Shown piece by piece: positions 1 through 14,475 of a stretch of DNA of 64,000 nt. Numbering within the stretch: position 1 is the first letter of the stretch; every line of letters starts with the position of its first letter. Origin of the DNA: the human T2T-CHM13v2.0 reference genome, Homo sapiens. The position numbers were made by a program, and so were the translations under genes. Under the pieces are notes generated by a model. It saw only the letters and a program-made list of their open reading frames with translations. It was not told where the DNA came from and ran no database searches. The DNA lies in NCBI RefSeq assembly GCF_009914755.1, contig NC_060934.1. One strand, given 5' to 3'.

Positions 1-169
1 TCATTCTCTCTCTGACCCTGGCCCCTCCCTGTGCAGCCAGGCATTTCAATTCTCTCTTCTAAGTATTCTTGAATCTCTTCTCTTTCTTTTATTTCCACTG
101 CTCTGCCTGAGCAGGAGCACACTCCAGGCCTGCATGTGTGATGGAGGTCGGATTGCCCTCTGCCTCTGG

Positions 170-800
170 TGGCATCTTGCCCCATTCCAGCTCATTCTTT
201 ACCTGAATGTCAAGCGATCTTTCTAAAAACCAACTCCAATCAGGCGTACACCCAGTTCACAAGTTTCCAGTAGCTTCACATTTCCAGTAGGACACAGTTT
301 AAGCTGTTTGTCGTGATCTAACCAACCCCATCTGGCCTGGTCTCACCTGCCTTCCGGCATCATCTCTCTCCATCCTCCTCTTTGCCCTCTTCTTTCATGT
401 GGGCCTTGACCAAGGTATTCTGCCTGCCAGAAATACTCTTCCATTTCCTCATTCAATTAACTCTTACTCTTCAAAAGTCAGCTTAGTGTTGGCATTTTTC
501 TATAATAAACAACCATCAGTTGTGCAATTTAGAATAATAATAAAAGGTTAAGAAATAAAAAGACTTCCTCCCATCTCAGATAATATCTGATACAGTCAGC
601 CTTTGTGGAAACTCCCCCCTTCGTAGTGAAGGGTACAGCGCTACCCGAACTCCATGCCATCTCTATCATAGCTGTCACCACATGGTATAAATTGTCAGCT
701 CACGTGTGTCTTCCTCCCACTTAGGGAGCAAATTCTTTGAGTGCAGAAACTGTTTTGCTGCCCACCTCTGCAACACTAGCACCCAGCTCAGCCTGGGTTT
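170..800 (+). mobile_element. Degenerate L2 3'-end fragments
   Basis: L2-like motifs (CTTTCTAAAA..., TTCTTTGAGTGCAGAAACTG..., CTAGCACCCAGC). Confidence 0.5.
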
Positions 801-975
801 ATATTAGATTATCATGTCAATACTAGAAATGAGATAGAAGCTGAGTTTAACCCTAAATAAGTTACAGGACTTGTATAAAATTGGAGAGGGAGGGAAACAT
901 CAGGAAGCTAGGCAAGGAGAGAGTGGGTAGATGTCATTTCAGAAACTATGTTGGCTGAGTATTCCTTTTCATTGA

Positions 976-1287
<312 letters not shown>

Positions 1288-1402
1288 TAATTTTTATTTT
1301 GCTTACTGTGATAGCAGTTATCTATCACTTCCTCTGTCCAGCTGCCCCCCTGCAATAATGAAATTATGTTTTGAGTCTTTCCAGGCTGTCTGGATCCTAT
1401 GA

Positions 1403-1792
<390 letters not shown>

Positions 1793-2285
1793 AACTTCCT
1801 CTTCTTCACAGCTGCTAACTAGTGCCAGTGTTGGAAGCAGGCATTTGAGGGGACCGGCCATAAAGGACCAGCTCACTACTGTTTGGATTTCTGCAGCTAA
1901 GTTTAGGGTTTTAAAGAAGGAAAACATCCAAGTGTACCCAGATGGTAGGCTCAGTAGGTTAATTTGAAATTGTCTTTTATACAGCTCACTGCAAATGTGC
2001 TGTTAATACTACCACAGGGAATTTGGATGTTTAAACTGTGAATTTTTTGAGTTGGGAAGCCTGGAGGGATCTGAAGATTTCCTGAGTCAGCTTTGTCACT
2101 TGGTGAGCTGTTCTGTGCTCTGGCTTTCCTCTGGCCCATAGGAGGGGACAGTGCCTGCCGCCAGGCCCTGTGATAGCGGATCTTCATGGTCAGCTTGTGC
2201 AAGGGTTGTTTTTTATTTAATTTTCTTTGACAGGGGAGATGACAAAAGAAATTGGGCAAAAATGGTCTTTAAAAAAAAGTCATCA

Positions 2286-2614
<329 letters not shown>

Positions 2615-3259
2615 CTAATTCATTGACTTGTCTCCTTGTTCTCCTCTCAGAATACCTCTGAAAACTTGCAAACCCTGTAACCCACAATGAACGCAGTAAT
2701 TTCATCTAAGTAGTAACCTGGGCACTGAGGGGGTGGGGAATCTAGCTCATTATTTAACATTTATTAAGTATGCTGTGTCCTAAACATTATGTGAAGCATA
2801 TTAAAGGCAAAATGCCTGATCTCACTGAACTATGCTTTTTATGTATTTATATTCTGTCTTTAATTGGAGATTTCAAAGTATGTTAGACAGTGGACTAGAT
2901 TCCTGTTGTATTAACTCTTTTAAAAGGGAGACCGAAATCTCACACAGTCACAGAGGACAAGACTCTGTTTTCTTGCTTTTTCACCGACTTTGATGCTCTT
3001 GGATGAAAAGTCCTGTATGAATACAAAGATTATCAAAGTCATAATTTGAATATTGGGTGCAATAAAGCCCAGGCTGTAAATACATCTGCAGGCTGCTTCA
3101 TTGGGTACATTATAATTTTCTCTCTGGCGTTATTTGCACTTCGTCAAATTAGTACAGAAATTCCTTGATTTGGGGACTTACCCAGGATTTAAATCTGCTG
3201 TTTCAACTCCTGCCAGTAGTATGAGAAATCTGAACATGACATATCTAATTTACTTTCAG

Positions 3260-3336
3260 CCTTTCAGTGGGATCTACCTGAATAACAAGGAAGCAGGAAT
3301 GTATCATTGCGTGTGCTGCGACAGTCCACTCTTCAG
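3260..3336 (+). CDS. MSRB2: MSRB2 internal coding exon (probably exon 3), 77 nt: [25 protein letters not shown](S)
   Basis: tttcAG acceptor at 3258-3259, AG/GTAAG donor at 3337. Contains the first Zn-binding CxxC (CVCC) of MsrB. Its phase-2 end joins the next exon in frame (AG+T = Ser). Confidence 0.96.
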
Positions 3337-4676
3337 GTAAGATAAAGAATTGAGAGCCACGGAAGGAGACCAAACCTCCAGGTTCTTACTGCTTTGTTTC
3401 ATTTGAGATCTTGGATAAATAAATACCCATAATACCCATTTTGTTTTTTAAATTGCTCTTCTCATTTTGCATTGTTGCTGTAAGGAGAGCTATTCATATA
3501 AGATACTTGCCTGTCTTGACTTTTTTTTCTAGCATTTAGAGCCATTAACAAGACTTCTTAGCTTATATTCTTCCTTTCTCTATCCTCAAGAAATAGCAAG
3601 GAAATAAAACTCAGTGGGCCCCTTATGATAAAGCTATTAGAGTTTTTTTTTTTTAGAGGGAAAGTATTTAAAGAAATCTAAACCGTGATTATATTTGCTG
3701 GGCCATGTGATTAAAACTCTCTCCCAGGGAAAATGGGTTTATAATTTAATTTAGGAAATGTAGAATTTTATGAGGATAGATTCCCCACAATGCTTGACAG
3801 TAGCGAATACCATACCCTCTTCTATATAGCTAAAAGTAAACTTATTTGTCCCTTGATTTCAAAGCCTCTTTTAAGTCAATCAGGATCTGAAATCTCTCAA
3901 CAAAGGCTTTTTTGTTTAGACATGCAGGAAACAGTCTTAAAAAAAAGTAGATTCGATGGAGAAGAAAGGAAAACATCTTTGAAGTCCTATTTTTCAGAAC
4001 TTCAAAGATGTTTTCCTTTCTTTTGCATCAACCCTAAATTGGTTTAGAATAAAATATAAATCAAGCCAGCTCTGTGCATCGCCCATTAGGCAGTGCTTCC
4101 TTCTGTCCTCTGGGCTTTGAGCAGTCTGGGCCTTCCTGCCCGGCTGGCTGCTAATGTGGGCTGCCTTAGGAAGCCGGACCCGCCTGCAAGGATGAGGAGC
4201 GATTAGCATCGATTTTCCTCCGTGCTCACAGATGGGCAGGCCTTTGCCCGGATGCATTCACGTTGGCATGGGGGAAACCAGAAGGAGGTTAATTTTTGCA
4301 CAGTAAAATGTGGGACTCAGGTTTCTGAGACAATAGTTATTTCTTGACCTTTGGTTGTGTTAAAGAGGAGAGGTAGGATTTTGAGATGGCCCATGAGCTT
4401 TCAGCCATAGAACCATGCTGCCAGCGTGTCAAGGGCTCCCTTGTTACCGCAGGCACCAGGCAGTGCTCTGTCTCCCTCTTCGCACTGTGAATACAGAAGA
4501 TAAATCATCCTCGCAAGAGCATTCTCTTAAATCACAGTCTTCACTCTTCCCCTTCCTTGATGTTCCGGTTTCTGCATCTGAAAAAGGGGGGGACTTCTTC
4601 CCTTCCTTTCACCTTGCAGGCTTAGTTGTGGTGTCAGAATACTGGAGCCAGGAGGGTCCTGAGTCCAGAGCAGAAA

Positions 4677-4975
4677 GCTCTGTCCAGTAGAACTTCCTGT
4701 GGTGATGGAGATGTCTGTATCTGGCCATGTGGTAGCTGCTCATCACATAAGCTTGTTAAGCACTCAAGGTGTGGCTAGCATGGCTGAGAAGCTGACTTTT
4801 TCAATTTAATTTTAATTAATTTAAACTTAAATTTAATTTTAATTAATTTAAACTTAAATTTAATTTTAATTAATTTAAACTTTAATTTTAATTAATTTAA
4901 ACTTAAATGTAATTTTAATTAATTTAAACTTAAAAGGCCACATGTGGCCAGAGGCTACTATATTAGCACAATGCT
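4677..4975 (+). mobile_element. MER3-like hAT-Charlie MITE with an internal tandem expansion
   Basis: CTGTCCAGTAGAACTTCCTG...GCCACATGTGGCCAGAGGCTACTATATT matches recalled MER3. Confidence 0.75.
4803..4933. repeat. 27-nt AT-rich tandem repeat (AATTTAATTTTAATTAATTTAAACTTA) x~5
   Basis: Directly visible; one copy is shortened. Confidence 0.9.
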
Positions 4976-5304
4976 AGTTCAAATTAAGGAAGTTAAGTGA
5001 CCAACTCCAGGTCCTGGAGGTTGTGAAGCAGCCAAGACTAATAGGAAAACCAGCCGATTCTCCAAAAGCCCATTGACCAAGTGGCCAGTTTATGAGACTG
5101 CCAATTCACCAACTTTATTTGTTTTTGTGTAACCATTTAGTTTGAGCTGAAAAGTTTCCATTTTGCATTCTTAAAGACTTCTGAGTTTGTTTCTCTTGCC
5201 CTTTCCTGTTGCTGCTACTGCAGCTGAAGGAAATAATATATTCCTGAAGATTATTTATGTTCCAGAATATACTATTCTTAAAGATGCACTCATTTATGGG
5301 AGAG

Positions 5305-5847
<543 letters not shown>

Positions 5848-6522
5848 TAATGATGTGTTCTTAAGCAATAGATCCCTCTTAGGGCTGTATACATGAATGC
5901 GCTTTTGATCCTGAGGAATTCTGGAGGATATATTCTAATTAATGAGAACATACAAATGCAGACTATATTCCTGAGACTTCTTCCTGTTCAAGAGGAGTTT
6001 TAGAAATATATTCTGGTTTTGCCTCTCATTTTCCTTCTCTTTCTGTCTCTGGTCTCCAGTCTCTATAGTAGGAAGCAGAGGTACAGAAAAAATAATTCCT
6101 TCAAATGCTTGTGTGGAGTGAAAGTGAAGGGAAAGTTGGTCAACCAAAACTAAGTAGTTCTTTTAACAAGTAAATGCAGGGCTCACTCCTTTGAGCTCCC
6201 TGCTCCAGCTTGGCTGCTTCCTGCCTGGGACTTCCCTTCATGCTGAGCTGGCCTCCTGGGATCTGCTCAGCCCCACTAATACTAATTGAAATTCCACTTA
6301 TTTTTGGATCCCAGATTTCTCCTGAAACCTTCTCTGATAGCACACACCGTGGGTTTTTTTTTAATCTGCTTCAAATTCCTATTAATTTATCAGTATCACA
6401 CAATTTAGGACCTAATTATTCTCCTATTGGATCAAGTATTTTTATTTAGTTAAGGAGATAAACTTGATTAGCTTTCGAGTCCCTTGGCCATCTTATGCTT
6501 CTTGGACAAGGCTCATGGAAGT

Positions 6523-6930
6523 TGTTATGGGATGAATTGTGTCTCCCAAAAAGACATGTTGAAGTCTTAATCCCTGTAAGCTGGGAATGTGACCTTATTT
6601 GGAAATAGGGTGGCTGCAGGTATAATTAGTTTAGATAAGATCATATTGGAGTAGGGTCAGCCCTAATTCCAAAATCACTGCTGTCCTTATAAGAAGAAGA
6701 GAAGCCCAGACAGAGAGGAGACAGCCATGTGAAAACGGAAGCAGAGATTGGTGATCCGCAGCTACAAACCGAAGACTGCCTACCTTAGAAGGTAGGAAGA
6801 GGCAAGGAGGGATTCCCTAGATGCTTCAGAGCCCTGTGGACACCTTGACTTTGGACTTCTATCTTCAAGATTGTGAGAGAGTACCACCCATTTTGTGGTA
6901 CTTTGTTACAGCCACCTTGGAAACTAATAC
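6523..6930 (+). mobile_element. MLT1 (MaLR) solo LTR
   Basis: TGTTATGGGATGAATTGTGTCTCCC...GGAAACTAATAC. Confidence 0.8.
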
Positions 6931-7031
6931 TTAGATGCTCCATAAGTACGTATTGATTGGTTGATTAATAATATCCATCCTGCTGCTTAGACATCATAGC
7001 AATGTTGGGACTATCAGAAGCTGTGGTTACG

Positions 7032-7332
7032 GGCTGAACGTGGTGACTCATGCCTGTAATCCCAGCACTTTGGGAGGCCAAGGCGGGTGGATCACTGCAG
7101 GTCAGGAGTTCGAGACCAGCCTGACCAGTATAGCAAAATCCTGTCTCTACTAAAAATACAAAAACTAGCTGGGCGTGGTAGCACATGCCTGTAATCCCAG
7201 CTACTAAGGAGGCTGAGGTAGGAGAATTGCTTGAACCCAGGAGGTAGAGGTTTCATTGAGCTGAGATTGAGCCACTGCACTCCAGCCTGAGTGACAGAGT
7301 GAGACTCCATCTCAAAAAAAAAAAAAAAAAAA
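7032..7332 (+). mobile_element. AluS
   Basis: Full Alu with poly(A). Confidence 0.95.
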
Positions 7333-7399
7333 GCTGTGATTATGAAATCACTGTGAAAATGTGAGGGAAGTGGCTGCAACTTCTTGAGCACTTACATGC

Positions 7400-7830
7400 C
7401 AGACACTGGGCTCTAGTACTTTGCAAACAATCCTCACTCTCCAATAAGGAGCTATTAAGACCCTCACTTAACAGATGTGAAAACTGAGGCTTAAAGAATT
7501 TAACTAACTTGTTCCAGGTCACTTGTCTAGTAAGTGATAGTGCAGGGATTTGGGCTCCACTGCACTCTTCTTGAGAGTGGGAAGCACCCCAGCAATGAAG
7601 GAGCCCTCTGGGCACGCGGCAGGTGCCATGCCCAGGCTCTTCATGTGCATCGTTTCGTCAGACCTCTCGGCAGCTCCCCGTACTGTTATTATCATTCTCA
7701 TTTCACGTGAGGAAACTGAGAGCTAGGAAGATGAAATAACTTGTCCAGGGTTCTGCAGCTTACAGGTAGCCAGCCAAAATATGAACCCACAGTTTTGGAC
7801 TCCAGAGCCCACATTCTTCACTAGCTGAGC
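7400..7830 (-). mobile_element. Two MIR fragments
   Basis: ACAGATGTGAAAACTGAGGC and GAGGAAACTGAGAGC cores. Confidence 0.7.
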
Positions 7831-9165
7831 TTCCATTAAGCCACACGGGCAGCTCCGTTGACATAGGTGCCATCGCCTTTTGGTGCCTGCTTTCCTTATT
7901 ACAGGTGTAAGTTTCCCAGAAGACATAACCAGCCTCTGAGAGTGATCCCAGCCAGTGTAACTCATGAGTTCCCTTTCCAGAGCCTTGTTCCCAGCCTCAT
8001 CCACCAGACTTAGCGTCATTCTCCTCATCATCCTATAATTGTTGGAATGAGTTTGGTGCACAGTTTTGGAGAGCTTCTGCCTCTCCAAATCAGACACCTT
8101 TAATCAAAGGTGTCTGGGTCAAGAACACTTTCCAGAATGTGTTGTCACACTCCTAGGGACTCCAGACTCTCTTTCCTTAACTCGGAATGAAGTGACATTG
8201 CCCATCACTGCCACTTCCTCTCCTCCTTCTCCCTTTCTTCTTCTACATGAGCCTATTTGGAATGTGTTTATTAAAATCTATTGTGGGATCACATATTTCA
8301 TGATCACAAATCTTCTTAAAATAAGAGGAAACAGAGCCTGATACTAGTTCACCTTTTACGTAATATCCTGATGTCGTATGTACCATGAGTAACTAAGTAA
8401 TATTGTTAAAAACCTTCTGTATGCCCCATTCCCTCAAAGGAATAGAAATTCTTCTAAGAGGTTAGGGTTGTCAGTTATCACCAAGTGCCTGTGCTGTTGG
8501 TTTGGGACCTGTAGAACTTCCAGAAATCAAGGAAAACCAAAGCAAATAAAACGAAACAAAGTAAAAATCCCTTAGAGTATATGATTCAGAATGGTTTTAG
8601 TTCTTCAAGGGCAAACCTTACAATCTGCTAATCACTTAAATATGTATATTGGAATTTCTGATTGGCTTTAATATTTTGGTTCCCAGTCTTAACTTATATA
8701 TGTTAGGCCTCTCATATTACTTGGTAAAAATCTCCCGATTCTGCTAATTGCATCAATAAAGGTTTATTGTTTCCCATAAAATGCTTTAGTGAGTTTTTAT
8801 TAGCCTTAGTTTCATTTATTTAAAAAATTTTATTGTATTCATAATTCTCAATCAAAATACCTTTAATGATCACTAGTTGATATATAATGTTGAGGATGGA
8901 AAGACTGGGATTAAAAGATACTTAATGATGTTTTTCCCTGAGCAGAGTGGCCAGATGAATGTTTTTGAACCCCTGGAGGAGGGTTGCAAAGAATCCGACC
9001 TGAATATGCAGACATTTCTAGTTGGACCCACAACTGCTCACATTCCATAGATTTCTGGTATTAATAATAAAAAAATATTAAAAAATAGCTACCAACTCAA
9101 GTGCCATGTGTCAGGTACTATGCTAAGCACACACACAGAAAGTGAGGTGATAATGCCATTGCTAT

Positions 9166-10076
9166 TGTTAGCTTAAAACAATCAATCTATAAATTTAGAA
9201 AAGGAGACTTTATTTCTTCTAAAGGGTTACAGCCTTCAAGGTGGCCATCCTACAGGCTGGGAAGCGAGCTCCCAGCCAAGAGCAGATGCAGGCACTTGGA
9301 AGGGGGAGCAGCTGGGGTAGGAGCTTTATGCTGAGAGGGTTGGCTAAATATACCTATTTAACAGATCACAGAAGGGGCTATGAAAATTTGTGAAGATGGT
9401 CCTGACATACACATATTGAACAAACATGCATGTAACATATGACCTATGTTTATTTGGGGGTAGAAACTTAACATTTAAATGTATTATAATTAGATCCTAT
9501 ACATCAAAAGGTCTTTCAGGATATGAAGGCCCACAAGTGCACAGCCTCTGTAAACCATCCAGAACCACTTCATGGTCTTTTAATCAGGAGAAAGTTACTA
9601 AAATCAGTCTCTTGTGCAATCAAAGCTGTAGTTACGGCTGGTGGAACAGAGGGTCTCAGCTAGTCAGTGTCTGATGGTAGATGAGCTGCAATTGCTTCAA
9701 CACTGCTTATCTCAAGGCCAGTGATTGTTTAGCTGCTAGAGAAGAAGAAAACCCCTGTGGCAGTTAGAGTTGATTCTTTAAGTGTAGGGGTGCATGACTT
9801 CACCCTCGCCTGGCATGGCCTTAGGTCCTGTTTATAATTTGGTATATTATTGCCACAAAGAGGCTGTTCTGCCAGTCTTATGATCTCTATTTAAACATTA
9901 ATGCTGGTCATTTGTTGTGTCTAAACCACAAAAGGGAGGGGGTATAATGAGGTGTGTCTGACCTCCTGTCCCATCATGACCGGAAACTCGATTTAAAGGT
10001 TTTTCTGGAGTCCTCTTGGCCAAGAAGGGCTCTATTCAGTCAGTGGGTGGCTTAGAACTTTATTTTTAGTTTATAC
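9166..10076 (-). mobile_element. ERV1 solo LTR, MER4D/E-like, inserted in a MIR
   Basis: Reverse complement begins TATAAACTAAAAATAAAGTTCTAAG...; body matches the recalled MER4 group. Confidence 0.75.
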
Positions 10077-10517
10077 TTATCTATAGACTAGGATGCTGAG
10101 GCTTCAAAAAATTAAATGACTTGCCAAGGTGATACAGATGTAACAGACAGATCCCAGATTCACACACAAATCTTTCAGAAGTCAAAGCCCTTCCTCTAAT
10201 GGCTATACCTGTGGTTCTTAAAGCCTGGTCTGAGGACCCCAGAGATTCCTGGGGGGGAACTTTCTAGGGGCTTTTCCAACCACACTTGAGACCACTTGAG
10301 GCCACATCCTCTTATACTCCAATCAAAACAACATAGCAACAGACTGAATTCAGAGGCACATATGAAGATTCAGTTGTCTTTTTTTTAAGCCGGATGTTAA
10401 AGAGCCTTGCAAAATTGTAAAACAGTGCAACTCTTCTCATGAAATGTTTGTTTCATTTTGAAAAGTATAATTATTTGCCTTAAATATATGTTATGTTAAC
10501 ATATAATAAATTTATTT

Positions 10518-11013
10518 CAGGTTGAGCATCTCTACTCTGAAAATTCGAAATCTGAAATGCACCCAAATCTGAAACTTTTTTATTTTTTGAGACAGAGTCT
10601 CGCTCTGTTGACTGATCTCCACTCACTGCAACCACTGCTTCCTGGGGTCAAGTTATTCTCCTGCCTCAGCCTCCCAAGTAGCTAGGACTACAGGCATGCA
10701 CCACCATGCCCAGCTAGTTTTTCTATTTTTAGTAGAGAGGGGGTTTCACCATGTTGGCCAGGCTGGTCTCGAACTCCTGAGCTCAAGTGATCCACCCGCT
10801 TCCACCTCCTAAAAAGCTGGGATTATAGGCGTGGGCCACCACGCCAGCAAAATTCGAAACTTTTTGAGAACCAACATGCTAGTCAAAGGAAATGCTCACT
10901 GGAGTATTGCAGATTAAGGATGCTTAGCCATCAAGTAAAATGCAAAATTCAAAAAGATCTGAAATCCGAAACACTTCTGGTCCTAAGCATTTCAGATAAG
11001 GGGCACTCAACCT
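10518..11013. mobile_element. Tigger4a/MER46 (TcMar) MITE interrupted by an Alu
   Basis: TIRs CAGGTTGAGCATC ... GGCACTCAACCTA; repeated TCYGAAA motifs. Confidence 0.8.
10576..10848 (-). mobile_element. AluS with a short internal deletion
   Basis: TSD AAATCTGAAACTTTT / AAATTCGAAACTTTT. Confidence 0.9.
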
Positions 11014-11599
11014 ATATTAAAAAAAAATTAATGCACACATATTTTTAAATTCTCATTTATAATGTATAATTTGTTAAATGTTGACATACGTAACTCACAG
11101 ACAAAAGCTCTCAGCAATCCCTATTAATTTTGGGGACACAGAGGGGACATGAGGGGTGCCGAGACCAAAATGTTTGAGAATTGCTGCATTACACAATTGT
11201 TTCTGTGGGAGTTTGTGCTGTCAGCTAGGCTTCCTTCTGTGTTCATAGTCTAGGGATTTGATTCTTTGCTACTTTTTCTTCTTAGATTAGTTTTTTGTTT
11301 TTTTTTTTTTTTTTTTGGCTGGGTCTAACATTCAGTTCTTCTCTTTCTTCCTTAGATAGAGAGAGCCATTTCCTTGCCACAGCAATTTTTGAAGTCTATT
11401 TTCCCAGTGCCATTTAAGGGAGCTTATCCATGAGAGCACTTAGAGGGTGGGTCTTTGGTGAGTGGATTTGCCTGCTGTCCTTCTCCTTGTGCCAGCATCA
11501 TGAGTCCCTGGGAGACTTCTGGAGGGTTAGGTTTCACTGCAGTGATTGATGCCAGGTACCCAGGCGTATTAATTAATACTAATCATCACCATCACAGCA

Positions 11600-11800
11600 A
11601 GCATTCAGGGAACTTACCATGTGCCCAGCACCGTGCTAAGCTTTATGTCACACTTCAGTTTCCCCTCAAATCCTCAAAACAGCCCTGTAGGGTAGATATT
11701 ATTCCCATTTGCTAGGTGAGCAAACTGAGGCTTCAAGAGCTGTGGTTTCACACAGCTAAGAAGTGGCCAGAGGCAGCTTTTGAATCCCTGGTCAGGCGTC
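11600..11800 (-). mobile_element. MIR
   Basis: ATTATTCCCATTTGCTAGGTGAGCAAACTGAGGCT. Confidence 0.7.
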
Positions 11801-12263
11801 TGTGTTGAGATAACCTGAAATTCCTGTTGCCAAGCATGACTTTCTCATCAGACCTTACACTTCTGCGCTGCTCTAAGATGATGATGACTTCCTCCGAGCA
11901 TTAGTATTTCGTTTTGATTTCTCCCCTTTTGACATTTTCAACACATGGGTTTGATCTGTGTTACCTAATATGCAACACAGTTCACAAAACACCATGTGTT
12001 TTTAGATCCTTGTTGGATATCCAGAAAGAAGTCTTTAGCATCAAAGGATCAAGAAGTCCTTCCACTTCGAGAGGCAATGGCTTCGATAGTGAAGGTGCAG
12101 TGAGGACGATTCCGGGGGGACTGACTGTCGAATAACTGGGCATGGGATCTGGCAGAGGAGAGTGGGAACGGATCCTGCTGCCTGGAACAACACATCGGGG
12201 CACCTCTTGGCATGTTAATGACAGTGTCATTAGCAGCTGTAGTATCGTTTATGTCTTCCACAG

Positions 12264-12951
<688 letters not shown>

Positions 12952-13717
12952 TAATGTGGCCTTTCCTGGTTCTAACCTTCCACAGAGATGAGAACAGAGG
13001 TAGGATCTTCACCTTCTTTTGAGCAGGGATAAGGAGCAGGAAGTCCTTATCCTGTCAGAGTGACTGGCATCTCATCTTTGACTTACCCAGTGTGACTGGC
13101 ACCTCCATCTCTCCACCCTCCTTTTGCACCCTGCAGCGTGTCACTGGCCTGCAGAGCAATGCTGCGGGTGACGTCAGCACCTCTGCCTTCTGTGAGCCCC
13201 GTAGGAGAGAGTGGCTTAAATCCAGATCACAAATTCATTTTGATATCCTTAGCTGCTCACATTTTCTGACTCATGGGTTTTGTAAAACATTAGAGGCAAG
13301 CTGATTAAGATAGCGTGGTTTTGCCTTAAGTAATAAATAATAATAATACACTGGGTACTACAATATTATTCAGTACTTACCCAGGAATTATGTTAATGCT
13401 TTACATGTAATATATCAATTAATTGTCCCCACAGCTCTCTTATGTAGGTATGATAATTATCCCCATTTTTAGATGAGTAACTGTAAAGGCCCAAATTTAA
13501 TAACTTGCTCACATCCTATTGATAAAGTAAAACTATTTACCATGACTGTGTTCTGCTTTCTTTCATTTCTTAATTGAATTCGGATGCAATAGACTTTTTC
13601 TCCTAACACAGATGTCAGACTCCGGAGTGGAGTGATTTTGGGGGGGTTCGTCTGTCTGGTTTTACATAAAGAGCTTTGTTTGCATTTGGAGATGACAGAG
13701 GCTTCTGTCCTTTGCAG

Positions 13718-13822
13718 TGTGAAGCTCATCTAGGTCACGTGTTTCCTGATGGACCTGGGCCCAATGGTCAGAGGTTTTGCATCAACAGTGTGGCTTTGAA
13801 GTTCAAACCAAGGAAACACTGA
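13718..13822 (+). CDS. MSRB2: MSRB2 last coding exon: [34 protein letters not shown]
   Basis: ctttgcAG acceptor; HLGHVF-x-DGP and catalytic R-F-C-I-N-S motifs (Cys codon TGC at 13778-13780); TGA stop at 13820-13822. The second CxxC (CKQ|C) is split across the exon junction. Confidence 0.96.
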   Translation, partial: CEAHLGHVFPDGPGPNGQRFCINSVALKFKPRKH

Positions 13823-13908
13823 CCATCTTCAAGAGTCCCGTTCCCTTGCCACCCCTTCACGTGCACCCTCAATTTCCACAATTCACTTGAATGACTTGTT
13901 TTATTTGC

Positions 13909-13914
13909 AATAAA
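13909..13914 (+). terminator. Proximal polyadenylation signal of MSRB2
   Basis: AATAAA 87 nt after the stop, with a T-rich upstream element (TTGTTTTATTT). Confidence 0.65.
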
Positions 13915-13991
13915 ACTGGGCTGAATTTGCTGCTGTCTCCAGCGAGTCATTGCTTCTCTTAATTTATTTACCTGGAATCAACTTAATCCTG

Positions 13992-14475
13992 TGTGTTAGG
14001 CTGTTCTTGTGTTGCTATAAAGAAGTACCTGATCAGGATCTGGGAGAATTTGAAAAAAAAAGAAAAACTAGAAAAATAAACAAAATTAAAAAGAAAAAAA
14101 AATACCTGAGACTGAGTAACTTATAAAGAAAAGAGGTTTAATTGACTCACAGTTCTGCAGGGTGTACAGAAAGCATGGTGCCAGCATTTGCTCGGATTCT
14201 GGGGAGACCTGAGGGAGCTTTTACTCATGGCAGAAGGTGAAGGGGGAGCCGGCGTCTCACATGGCAAAGCAGGAGCAAGAGAGAGTGGTAGGGAGGTGCC
14301 ACATACTTTTAAACAGCCAGATCTCTCAAGAACTCACTCACTGTCACCAGGACAGCACCAAGCCATGAGGGATCCACCCTCATGACCCAGTTACCTCCCG
14401 GCAGGGCCCACCTCCGGCACTAGGAATTATACTTCAACATAAGATTTGGAGAGGGAAAACATCCAAACCATATCA
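13992..14475 (-). mobile_element. MSTA-like MaLR solo LTR inside the MSRB2 3' UTR
   Basis: TGTGTTAGGCTGTTCTTGTGTTGCTATAAAG...ATCCAAACCATATCA. Confidence 0.88.

Larger units (their letters stand above)
10210..11187. mobile_element. hAT-Charlie element (Charlie4a/MER80-like) interrupted by Tigger4
   Basis: Terminal inverted repeats CTGTGGTTCTTAAA ... TTTGAGAATTGCTG. Confidence 0.6.

Noticed and set aside
13820-14000. Selenocysteine read-through or a SECIS for this MsrB
   Set aside because: The catalytic residue is encoded by TGC (Cys) and the TGA follows the complete domain. The selenoprotein family member is MSRB1, not MSRB2.
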